Source: Candidatus Saccharimonadota bacterium (lineage in GTDB: Bacteria > Patescibacteriota > Gracilibacteria > UBA1369 > 2-02-FULL-48-14). Taken from it: a stretch of 32,000 nt of DNA. The stretch spans positions 540,001 through 572,000 of the forward strand of contig JBAZVE010000001.1 in NCBI GenBank assembly GCA_041661045.1, given 5' to 3'. The translations under genes and the position numbers were made by a program. Below are positions 23,893-30,960 of this stretch, in pieces (within the stretch, counting starts at the first letter, position 1; every line of letters begins with the position of its first letter). Below the pieces are notes generated by a model that was not told where the DNA came from, made no database searches, and saw only the letters and a program-made list of their open reading frames with translations.

Positions 23893-24147
23893 TAGGGTCA
23901 GCCAAATAGCTTTTCGTTTTAAGTCACAGAATTGGATCACTTGCTCAAAGCTGCGGCCGCTTTCAAGACTAGTTTGCAGCTTCATATACTCTTCGACGGC
24001 ACCGTAGAAATTTGCGGGTATGCCGAGCCCTGAATTTACAACAGCTTCTCGTTCGTGTGCTGAACCTGAACGCATATCAGTAATCAGAACTTTTGTTCCT
24101 GGTTCAAGTGTTCTTAGTTCTTCTATAGATAAAGGTGTATCCCCCAT
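23884..24147 (-). CDS. Hypothetical small protein (87 aa from ATG), unit D
   Basis: MGDTPLSIEELRTLEPGTKVLITDMRSGSAHEREAVV... The ATG at 24147 is preceded by a TTGACA-N17-TAAATT promoter-like element. The ORF track GTG start at 24270 would include that promoter, so I reject it. Confidence 0.45.
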   Translation of the reverse strand: MGDTPLSIEELRTLEPGTKVLITDMRSGSAHEREAVVNSGLGIPANFYGAVEEYMKLQTSLESGRSFEQVIQFCDLKRKAIWLTLLA

Positions 24148-24154
24148 GTCGTAT

Positions 24155-24183
24155 AATTTATATGTATTTCTCAGTTTTGTCAA
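24155..24183 (-). promoter_or_regulatory. Candidate promoter for unit D (TTGACA-N17-TAAATT on minus strand)
   Basis: Consensus -35 TTGACA (plus-strand tgtcaa, 24178-24183). The -10-like TAAATT (24155-24160) lies 7 nt upstream of the ATG. Confidence 0.4.
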
Positions 24184-24359
24184 GGTGTTTGAACTAAAAA
24201 GACCCCAGAGATGAATATCCCTGTGGAAAGAATTTTTACAGGGGTACCTCTTCCTGGTACGGATGAACACGAGATTTATTTGAATAAGGGTTCAGGGATG
24301 GTCGAGTTTGCAGGTACTATTTCGGATGGAGAGGTCATTTCTTTATAGGTTAAAAATCC

Positions 24360-24389
24360 ATTCGAACTCGTTCTATGCTGGCCTGCCAA
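24360..24389 (+). repeat. Array repeat R4 (30 bp)
   Basis: attcgaactcgttctatgctggcctgccaa, 26/30 identical to R1. It lies between divergent units D and E. Confidence 0.8.
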
Positions 24390-24405
24390 ATTAACCTGTG
24401 ACTTT

Positions 24406-24426
24406 GGGTCGATTCCCGCAGGGCCT
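24406..24426 (+). other. tRNA T-arm/acceptor-like fragment following R4
   Basis: gggtcgattcccgcagggcct compared with tRNA-Trp gggttcgattccttctgggcct. The T-loop and acceptor blocks are shared while the stem positions differ. Confidence 0.5.
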
Positions 24427-24427
24427 C

Positions 24428-24455
24428 TTGACATATTGTAAAAAATATGTACTAT
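24428..24455 (+). promoter_or_regulatory. Candidate promoter for unit E (TTGACA-N16-TACTAT)
   Basis: Consensus -35 TTGACA at 24428-24433, directly abutting the tRNA-like fragment. -10-like TACTAT at 24450-24455. The ATG is at 24494. Confidence 0.4.
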
Positions 24456-24493
24456 ATTTACGAAGTAACAAATTTAATCTCTACAATCAAAAC

Positions 24494-25126
24494 ATGAGCA
24501 CTCCAGAAACACCTATAGATTATGAGGAGCTTAGTAGGCGTACATTCCCTGATGTTGAGGCTTTTCTTTCCTGTTTGGAAGATGAATATGGTTTAGATGT
24601 TAGTAGGTTAACTGTCGAAGGGCAAAGGGTATCACGTCCACTTAGCCCACTCGCGTACCCAAATGCACAAGGTCAAATTGCGTTTGCAGCTGGTGTTACT
24701 GTTACTAAAGAAATATTTCGATTGGCGATTGATGCTTTATCGGTTAAACCCTCCACTGTTCTACCAACACAGGCTTTCAGGTTACCTGCAAGCATTGGCA
24801 TACGAGTAGCTGATGCATTGAGAAGATTTCCGACTCCGCCAGAAGCTGAGATCGGTGAAGCTAGAGGGATTCTTATTGAGCGAGATGGAGGATACTTCTT
24901 TATGTCTGAGGCTGGTCAAGAGTACCGTGTTGTAGAGGAAGGTTTGGCCTCGTTAGAGCGAGTTTTTGATGCAGATGACAAAGCTGCACTACTAAGAGGA
25001 AGTACAGAAATAGGTCAACAGGGGTGCCGACCACTACTGTTAGTTGAATTAAATCCGATAGATCCATCTCCAGGTATAGAGCAGGTTGTGACTAAATTTT
25101 GGGATCCTGAGGAGTACGAGAGTTAG
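24494..25126 (+). CDS. Hypothetical protein (210 aa from ATG), unit E
   Basis: MSTPETPIDYEELSRRTFPDVEAF... The ORF track GTG start at 24398 would run through the tRNA-like fragment and the promoter, so the ATG at 24494 is preferred. No family recognised. Confidence 0.5.
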   Translation: MSTPETPIDYEELSRRTFPDVEAFLSCLEDEYGLDVSRLTVEGQRVSRPLSPLAYPNAQGQIAFAAGVTVTKEIFRLAIDALSVKPSTVLPTQAFRLPASIGIRVADALRRFPTPPEAEIGEARGILIERDGGYFFMSEAGQEYRVVEEGLASLERVFDADDKAALLRGSTEIGQQGCRPLLLVELNPIDPSPGIEQVVTKFWDPEEYES

Positions 25127-25146
25127 ACATATGGATTCTATAATTA

Positions 25147-25176
25147 GTTCGGACTGGTTCCACGCTGGCCTGCCAA
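25147..25176 (+). repeat. Array repeat R5 (30 bp)
   Basis: gttcggactggttccacgctggcctgccaa, 28/30 identical to R1. It lies between tandem units E and F. Confidence 0.85.
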
Positions 25177-25188
25177 GTAACCTGATGT

Positions 25189-25213
25189 GAGAGTTCGATT
25201 CCTGTTGGGGTTC
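25189..25213 (+). other. tRNA T-arm/acceptor-like fragment following R5
   Basis: gagagttcgattcctgttggggttc compared with tRNA-Trp gagggttcgattccttctgggcctg, about 20/25 identical. Confidence 0.55.
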
Positions 25214-25286
25214 TGGTGGTATCCATTTTAGTGTTTCTTAGTTTCATCCTCTAGGAGTACTATGTTTTTAGCTTAAAAACTTTACC

Positions 25287-26501
25287 ATGAAGATTCGCTT
25301 CCTCGCGCTTTCCGTCATCCTTTTTTTTGCTTTCCCCACTATCAGTTTGGCAGCAGATGTTGACTCTCTGGCTGACTACGATGTCGAAATGAACTTTTCC
25401 ATGTCTTACAGTGAAGATTTATCTGAGGGTGTCTCGGGTTCTTTGAGGGGGACTTACATTATCAGCGTTGATACTGAAGATGAAGTATATTGGAATGCGA
25501 CTTACACATGTGGCTACGAACTTATTCTTAGCGAGGAAGATCCTTTAGAAAACGACGATTATGAAGTGATTTATGAGGGTGGTAGTGAATGTGATAGGTC
25601 CTTAGGATCAGGGGATTACTTGATCAGCCAAGGGGAATCTTATAATGGTGGTATTTCACTCGGTGGGCAGGATTTCATTCAAGACGGAGCTCATTATTGG
25701 TATCAGTTCACCCTCTACACTATTGATGAGGTGGCCGCAGTCGTGGATTTTGAGACTGTTGTTGGAGATTTTACCATCGAATTTGATGAACTCGACGAGC
25801 CTTTTACTGATGTGAATGGACATTGGGCGGAGAACTACATCAATGCCTTGGCTACTGATGAAGTTGTTTTAGGGTATACAGATGGTACCTATAAACCGGA
25901 TCAGCAGACTTCTCGTGCGGAGGTGCTTGTCATGGCGCTAAAAGCCATCGCTGATCCCTCTTCTGAAAACGACACCTGTGCTTATGATTTTGACTTAGAA
26001 CAAGATTACACTGCCACTTACACGGATCTTGATTCATCTCACTGGGGGTTTACATATATTGAAGCAGCTACCGAGGCTGGTGTGGTTTCTGGTTATGGCG
26101 ATGGTTCGTTTAGGCCTGATCAAACCGTCACCCGTGCCGAAGCGTTATCTATTCTTCTGGAAACTTACTTTGCCTGTGGTGACTATTATGACATTGATGA
26201 CTGGTATGATAACTATGATCGATACTCGAGTGATCCGGTAGAAAATGATGGAGAGTTTTGGGCGGCTTACTTAGAACAAGGATACGGTGTGGCCAGTGAA
26301 CAAAATCTTGCACTTGGATTTGCCGATGTCACCGAGGATTGGCAGCGCTTCTATGTTCACTTTGCAGACATTCATGGTGTGGTGAATGGATACTTTGAGG
26401 GAGTTACTCTATTTCTCCCTAATAATCCGATTACTCGTGCTGAACTTGCCAAAATGGCATGGAAGTTACGCGTAAATCCCCATAATCCGGAACCCTTTTA
26501 A
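25287..26501 (+). CDS. Secreted protein with three C-terminal S-layer homology (SLH) domains, unit F
   Basis: Signal peptide MKIRFLALSVILFFAFPTISLAA. SLH-like repeats are FTDVNGHWAENYINALATDEVVLGYTDGTYKPDQQTSRAEVLVMALKAI, YTDLDSSHWGFTYIEAATEAGVVSGYGDGSFRPDQTVTRAEALSILLE and FADVTEDWQRFYVHFADIHGVVNGYFEGVTLFLPNNPITRAELAKMAWKL. Confidence 0.75.
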   Translation: MKIRFLALSVILFFAFPTISLAADVDSLADYDVEMNFSMSYSEDLSEGVSGSLRGTYIISVDTEDEVYWNATYTCGYELILSEEDPLENDDYEVIYEGGSECDRSLGSGDYLISQGESYNGGISLGGQDFIQDGAHYWYQFTLYTIDEVAAVVDFETVVGDFTIEFDELDEPFTDVNGHWAENYINALATDEVVLGYTDGTYKPDQQTSRAEVLVMALKAIADPSSENDTCAYDFDLEQDYTATYTDLDSSHWGFTYIEAATEAGVVSGYGDGSFRPDQTVTRAEALSILLETYFACGDYYDIDDWYDNYDRYSSDPVENDGEFWAAYLEQGYGVASEQNLALGFADVTEDWQRFYVHFADIHGVVNGYFEGVTLFLPNNPITRAELAKMAWKLRVNPHNPEPF

Positions 26502-26538
26502 TCGTACGAAACGAAAATTTAGATCCCTCGTATAATTA

Positions 26539-26568
26539 GGTCGAACTCGTTCCACGCTGGCCTGCCAA
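26539..26568 (+). repeat. Array repeat R6 (30 bp)
   Basis: ggtcgaactcgttccacgctggcctgccaa, 28/30 identical to R1. It is the last copy seen. A weak T-loop-like remnant tgtgatatagttcgaaagcatttg follows at 26587-26610. Confidence 0.85.
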
Positions 26569-26619
26569 TAAGCATTTTTAGGGCTTTGTGATATAGTTCG
26601 AAAGCATTTGTTTTTTAAA

Positions 26620-28293
26620 ATGGAAAAAAACTGTAATCACTGCGAAATAAGATTCGAAATTCCTGAAGAAGATTTGGAATTTTTCCACAAAATTTCACCG
26701 GTTTTTAATAATGTGAGGTACCTGATTCCAGAACCTGCGCTGTGTCCAGACTGTCGCTTGCAAAGGAGGATCAGTTGGAGGAATGAAAGGGCACTTTATA
26801 TGCGAGCCTGTGATTTGTGCAAAAAAAATATTGTCTCTGTTTACTCTCCGGGTAAGCCTCATCCTGTTTATTGCAACGCGTGTTGGTGGGGGGATGGATG
26901 GGATGGACACCACTATGGAAGAGAGGTCGATTTTTCACGGCCGTTTTTTGATCAACTCAGAGAGGTGATGGAAGTGGTGCCTCAGTTGGCCATTCAAAAT
27001 GATGAGGGAAATGGCAGTGAAAATTGCCAATACTGCCAGGATTTTGCTCATGGGAAAAATTGTTATTTTGTGGTTGGTTCGTGGCATACAGAAAACTCTT
27101 TTTACTCTAATGTGAATGCTTCCCACAATCGGTCTATTTGTGATTGCATCAATGTTTCCAAATCGGAGCTCGTGTATGAAAGCCTGGATTCCCAAGCGCT
27201 CTACAACTGTGCTTTTCTACAAAATTCCCAAAATTGCAGTGACTGCATCTTCGGGTTTGATCTCAAAGGATGCAGAAATTGTTTTGGGTGTTTTGGTCTG
27301 AGGCAGAAGGAGTTTTATTTTTTTAATGAACCCTTGAGTGAAGCAGAGTACAAGAAAAAACTCACTGCTTTTGCTTTAGACTCCTATAAAAATTTAGAAC
27401 TTATTAAGAAACAGTTTTTGGGCTGGATTGTGCAGTTCCCACATAAAAGCACGAGCCAACAAAATTGTGAGAACTGTGAGGGAAATGATTTGTTCAATTG
27501 TAAAAACACTCAGGGATTCAGTCTTCTGGATGCGGAAAATTGTAAGTACTGCCATCAAGGGGATAATAACATGTTCAGCTACGACATTTTTAATAGTGGA
27601 CAGCCCAACTGGTGTTACGAAGGCATGACCCCAGACAACTCGTTTATGACTCATTTTTCGTGGTTCTCTTGGAAAAATAAATTCGTACTTTATGGGATCA
27701 ATTGTCACAGCAGTGAACATCTTTTTGGATGTGTTTCTCTTCACCGAGCTAAATACAGCATTCTCAATAAACAGTACTCAAAGGAAGAGTATGAGGCTTT
27801 GGTTCCGAAGATCATTGAACACATGAAAAAAGGTGGTGAGTGGGGTGAATTTCCACCAGCTCGCATTTCTTACTTCGATTACAACGAGAGCATCGCTCAA
27901 GAATATTTTCCTTTGAAAAAAGAAGAGGTTTTGGCACAAGCTTGGAAGTGGAAAGATCCTGACCCCAAAGAGTACCGGACGCAAACTTGTGTGATTCCCG
28001 ATTCTATTTTGGAGGCGACTGATGTTCTTAGCAAAGAAGTTCTGGCCTGCATCGAGTGTGGTAAAAACTATAAAGTGATTCCTCTCGAATTCGAATTCTA
28101 TAAAAAGATTTCTTTCCCCATCCCTCGGAAGTGTCCCGACTGTCGACATAAAGCACGGCTTGCTATCCGGTTGCCCTATCAGCTGTGGCAACGCAATTGT
28201 GCAAAATGTTCTAAATCCATTCAGACTCCCTACGCGCCCACACGGCTTGAGGTGATTTACTGTGAAGAGTGCTATTTGAAGGAGATTTATTAA
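26620..28293 (+). CDS. Cysteine-rich protein (557 aa) with similar N- and C-terminal double zinc-ribbon-like modules and a central region of CxxC-type repeats
   Basis: N-terminal CNHC...FFHKISP...CPDCR...CDLCKKNI...VYCNAC and C-terminal CIECG...FYKKISFPIPRKCPDCR...CAKCSKSI...IYCEEC. ATG at 26620 is preferred over TTG at 26608. No family name recalled. Confidence 0.65.
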   Translation: MEKNCNHCEIRFEIPEEDLEFFHKISPVFNNVRYLIPEPALCPDCRLQRRISWRNERALYMRACDLCKKNIVSVYSPGKPHPVYCNACWWGDGWDGHHYGREVDFSRPFFDQLREVMEVVPQLAIQNDEGNGSENCQYCQDFAHGKNCYFVVGSWHTENSFYSNVNASHNRSICDCINVSKSELVYESLDSQALYNCAFLQNSQNCSDCIFGFDLKGCRNCFGCFGLRQKEFYFFNEPLSEAEYKKKLTAFALDSYKNLELIKKQFLGWIVQFPHKSTSQQNCENCEGNDLFNCKNTQGFSLLDAENCKYCHQGDNNMFSYDIFNSGQPNWCYEGMTPDNSFMTHFSWFSWKNKFVLYGINCHSSEHLFGCVSLHRAKYSILNKQYSKEEYEALVPKIIEHMKKGGEWGEFPPARISYFDYNESIAQEYFPLKKEEVLAQAWKWKDPDPKEYRTQTCVIPDSILEATDVLSKEVLACIECGKNYKVIPLEFEFYKKISFPIPRKCPDCRHKARLAIRLPYQLWQRNCAKCSKSIQTPYAPTRLEVIYCEECYLKEIY

Positions 28294-28397
28294 TGTATTT
28301 TCGTATCCCATAGTTATGGGTCCTTTCGTGGTATAGGGCTAGACAAAGCCAAATATTGCTGTTAAAAAGGAATACATTTATTTCATAGCAAAGCCGT

Positions 28398-29453
28398 ATG
28401 GGGTATCAATCACTATCAGACTTCGTGGAACGGGTTCTTGGGGCGAGTCAAGCTGATCCTGGATTAGGACAACGGGTACAAGCATTGATAGGGGAATTAG
28501 CGCAATTACATCAACAATTAGGTGATGCTCAAGTTGCACTTCAAAAACCTCGACAGTGGAAAGATGGTGAAGTGGTGGGGAATGTTGCGGGTTTTGAAGT
28601 GCATGATGATTTAAAACAAGGAAGGCGCAGCCCCTTCTTTTTAGAGCCGGGTGGTAGAGGAGTACTTTCCCGCCGTAGGACGGGAATTTTAGATGGAAGG
28701 ACCTTAAGAGATCTCGTTTCGGAGTGGGTTATGAATGGAATCACTCCCACTACATGGAAAATGCCGGATGAACAAGATGCGGGCCCTATTGGAATTGTTG
28801 AACGGCGTGGGGCCGATTTGCATCTCGATGGCGCTGAGCGGCCTTTTTTCTCCGGAGTTCAGGTTGATAAAGATGTATGTAGCCGGCGTGGGCCTGGAGA
28901 TAGTGGTGGGTGGAAAATTGGAGTAGATGGAGTTTATGTGCTAAGGAATAGAACGCTTAAACGGGTGGAGCCTCGCTCTGGCAAAGTTAAGGATGTGTAT
29001 ACCTTTCAGTCTAGGGCACCCAGGGACCGGGATTGGATGCCCGCTCCTCAAGGTTTTGTTGTCTATGATGGCGGACACTTTTTACTGAATGGATCTGACA
29101 GTATTCAGGGCCAAACTTTTGGTCAGATACTAGAATGGTATCCTGTGCCGGAGGGAGTAATGGTCCAACTCCCCCTAGCTCCCGGGTATCCGTCCCGGGG
29201 TGCAGCTTGGTATCTGAACCGATCGCTTTATGACTCAAAATCGTTTTCCTTTGAGCTGGCGAAGCCTTTGGCTGACGGACCTGTGTCTATGGATAGGACA
29301 TCTTTGTGGCGTGATGAACTTCAGTTTGCACCAAAAGGAGACCACCGGCTCTTTCATCCGCAAGGAGTCTTTGTGATAACGGGGGATGAAATAAAATTCT
29401 ACAATTATCCTTCGGAAAGTGACAGACTGCAGCTTGAGGAGGAGATAGATTAA
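28398..29453 (+). CDS. Hypothetical protein (351 aa)
   Basis: Long ORF with an ATG start and no strong competing ORF. No motif recognised. Confidence 0.5.
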   Translation: MGYQSLSDFVERVLGASQADPGLGQRVQALIGELAQLHQQLGDAQVALQKPRQWKDGEVVGNVAGFEVHDDLKQGRRSPFFLEPGGRGVLSRRRTGILDGRTLRDLVSEWVMNGITPTTWKMPDEQDAGPIGIVERRGADLHLDGAERPFFSGVQVDKDVCSRRGPGDSGGWKIGVDGVYVLRNRTLKRVEPRSGKVKDVYTFQSRAPRDRDWMPAPQGFVVYDGGHFLLNGSDSIQGQTFGQILEWYPVPEGVMVQLPLAPGYPSRGAAWYLNRSLYDSKSFSFELAKPLADGPVSMDRTSLWRDELQFAPKGDHRLFHPQGVFVITGDEIKFYNYPSESDRLQLEEEID

Positions 29454-29512
29454 ACCGTTGAGACTGCCACTTAGCCCTTGCATAGCCTAGTACTGAGTGA
29501 TACCATGGAGGC

Positions 29513-29839
29513 ATGGATTACTTGGAAAACATTCAGGCGCAAATGAGGAAGGGGATTTTGGAGTTTGCCATTTTGGCTGTGATTGAGGAGGCGGAAATTT
29601 ATGCTTCGGATATTTTAAAAAAATTGCGGGGCACGGAACTTATTGTGGTGGAGGGAACACTGTATCCTTTGCTGAGTCGATTGAAGCGTCAAGAGTTGGT
29701 GGAGTATGCGTGGAAAGAATCCAAGAGCGGTCCGCCCAGAAAGTACTACAAGCTAACCCAAAAAGGGCGCACGGCCTTGGAAAGCCTCAAAGGAACTTGG
29801 AAATCCCTTTATATGTCCATTAACTCACTCAATTCATGA
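29513..29839 (+). CDS. PadR family transcriptional regulator
   Basis: GILEFAILAVIEEAEIYASDILKKL...EGTLYPLLSRLKRQELVEYAWKESKSGPPRKYYKLTQKG is the winged-helix PadR signature. GGAGG lies 3 nt upstream of the ATG. Confidence 0.85.
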   Translation: MDYLENIQAQMRKGILEFAILAVIEEAEIYASDILKKLRGTELIVVEGTLYPLLSRLKRQELVEYAWKESKSGPPRKYYKLTQKGRTALESLKGTWKSLYMSINSLNS

Positions 29840-30897
29840 AAAAAGTTATTAACATCACCATAGGTGGCATGGTTTGGAGCGTGGAGGAAGACGCTTACGA
29901 ACAGCTTTTTGACTACCTTAATTCCATTAAAAACTATTTTTCCAAAGACAAGGATGGGGATGAAATTGTGGAGGATTTGGAGGCCAGCATTGCAGAAAAA
30001 TTCTTAAAAAGAAAAGTTAAAACCGCGCCAATAATGGAGAAGGATGTGGCGGATATTATGAAGGAAATCGGTACGCTGAAAGACTTTAAAAAAATGAGTG
30101 AGGAAGAGGAAGATTTGGATGAAAATGAGGAGGTGAAAAGCTCCGGTGAGAAAAAACTTTATAGAGATCCCGATGATTCCACTATTGCCGGAGTGTGCAG
30201 TGGGCTGGCTGCTTATTTTGGGATTGAAACGGTGCTCATGAGGCTGATTTTTGTCGTCACTATTTTCTTTGGCGGATTTGGAATTCTTATTTATTTAGTG
30301 CTTTGGGCTGTTATGCCGGTGGCGGAGAGCACGGCGCAAAAAATGGAAATGCGTGGAGAGCGCCTCACTTTGCATGAAATTGAAAAGTCTGTGAAACGAG
30401 AAGTGGAGATGCTTAAAAAAAAAGACTTAAGTGGCGTAAAAAAAGCAGGCAGTGAGCTTAAAGTTTTTCTTGAACAAGTCTTTGGTGGGAGTGGGAAGTT
30501 TTTGCAAAGCTTTGGGGCCTTTTTGCAAAGACTCATTGGTCTTTTGTTTATCCTGATTGGAGTTGCGGGTGTTTGCAGCCTCAGTTTTGGACTTACCTGG
30601 CAACTTTCCGGAGGCATGATTCCTCAAACGGGCCTGACGGTCCATGATTTTCTTGCGGTTGAGGGGGTCTTGTATTGGATTTTCCTCGCGGCAACTTATG
30701 TGGTGACACTGGTGCCCATGCTGTTCTTTTTCTTGGGGGGGCTGAGCTTGGTGAGGAATAAAAACTTGATTTCGATGAATCTGTTCATCTTCCTTTTGTT
30801 GCTCTTTTTTGTGGCCAGTGGAATCAGCGGGAGCGTGATCACTCAAAACTATCCTCTTATTCAACAAAGAGTTCAGGAGTTGGAGGCACGATATTAG
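29836..30897 (+). CDS. PspC-domain membrane protein
   Basis: LYRDPDDSTIAGVCSGLAAYFGIETVLMRLIFVVTIFFGGFGILIYLVLWAVMP is the PspC domain, and additional C-terminal TM helices follow. ATGA overlap with the PadR stop indicates an operon. Confidence 0.8.
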   Translation: MKKVINITIGGMVWSVEEDAYEQLFDYLNSIKNYFSKDKDGDEIVEDLEASIAEKFLKRKVKTAPIMEKDVADIMKEIGTLKDFKKMSEEEEDLDENEEVKSSGEKKLYRDPDDSTIAGVCSGLAAYFGIETVLMRLIFVVTIFFGGFGILIYLVLWAVMPVAESTAQKMEMRGERLTLHEIEKSVKREVEMLKKKDLSGVKKAGSELKVFLEQVFGGSGKFLQSFGAFLQRLIGLLFILIGVAGVCSLSFGLTWQLSGGMIPQTGLTVHDFLAVEGVLYWIFLAATYVVTLVPMLFFFLGGLSLVRNKNLISMNLFIFLLLLFFVASGISGSVITQNYPLIQQRVQELEARY

Positions 30898-30960
30898 TTA
30901 CGCCGCAGGTTTTTTGTGCTATGCTCCCTGCGCGCTCTGCGAGAAAAACTTAATTTAAAA

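Larger units (their letters stand above)
20989..26610. mobile_element. Repeat-delimited array of six single-ORF units downstream of tRNA-Trp (putative serial-integration or recombination hotspot). No recombinase gene in window
   Basis: Six same-orientation copies of a ~30-bp tRNA-Trp-like repeat lie in the gaps between ORFs. Three junctions also carry tRNA T-arm/acceptor-like fragments. ORFs are mixed in orientation and are orphan or surface-type. See findings. Confidence 0.5.

Noticed and set aside
21481-26568. CRISPR array interpretation of the six ~30-bp direct repeats
   Set aside because: Inter-repeat distances are 0.5-1.4 kb and irregular, and each is filled by a full ORF. No cas genes are visible and there is no regular 25-50 bp spacer pattern. 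Repeat length alone is the only similarity.
20915-26610. Classical integron with attC-flanked cassettes
   Set aside because: There is no intI gene or attI/Pc structure in the window. Units are in both orientations and several have their own promoter-like elements. The repeat is a short, highly conserved direct sequence rather than the variable imperfect-palindrome attC. The cassette-like logic is kept only as an analogy.
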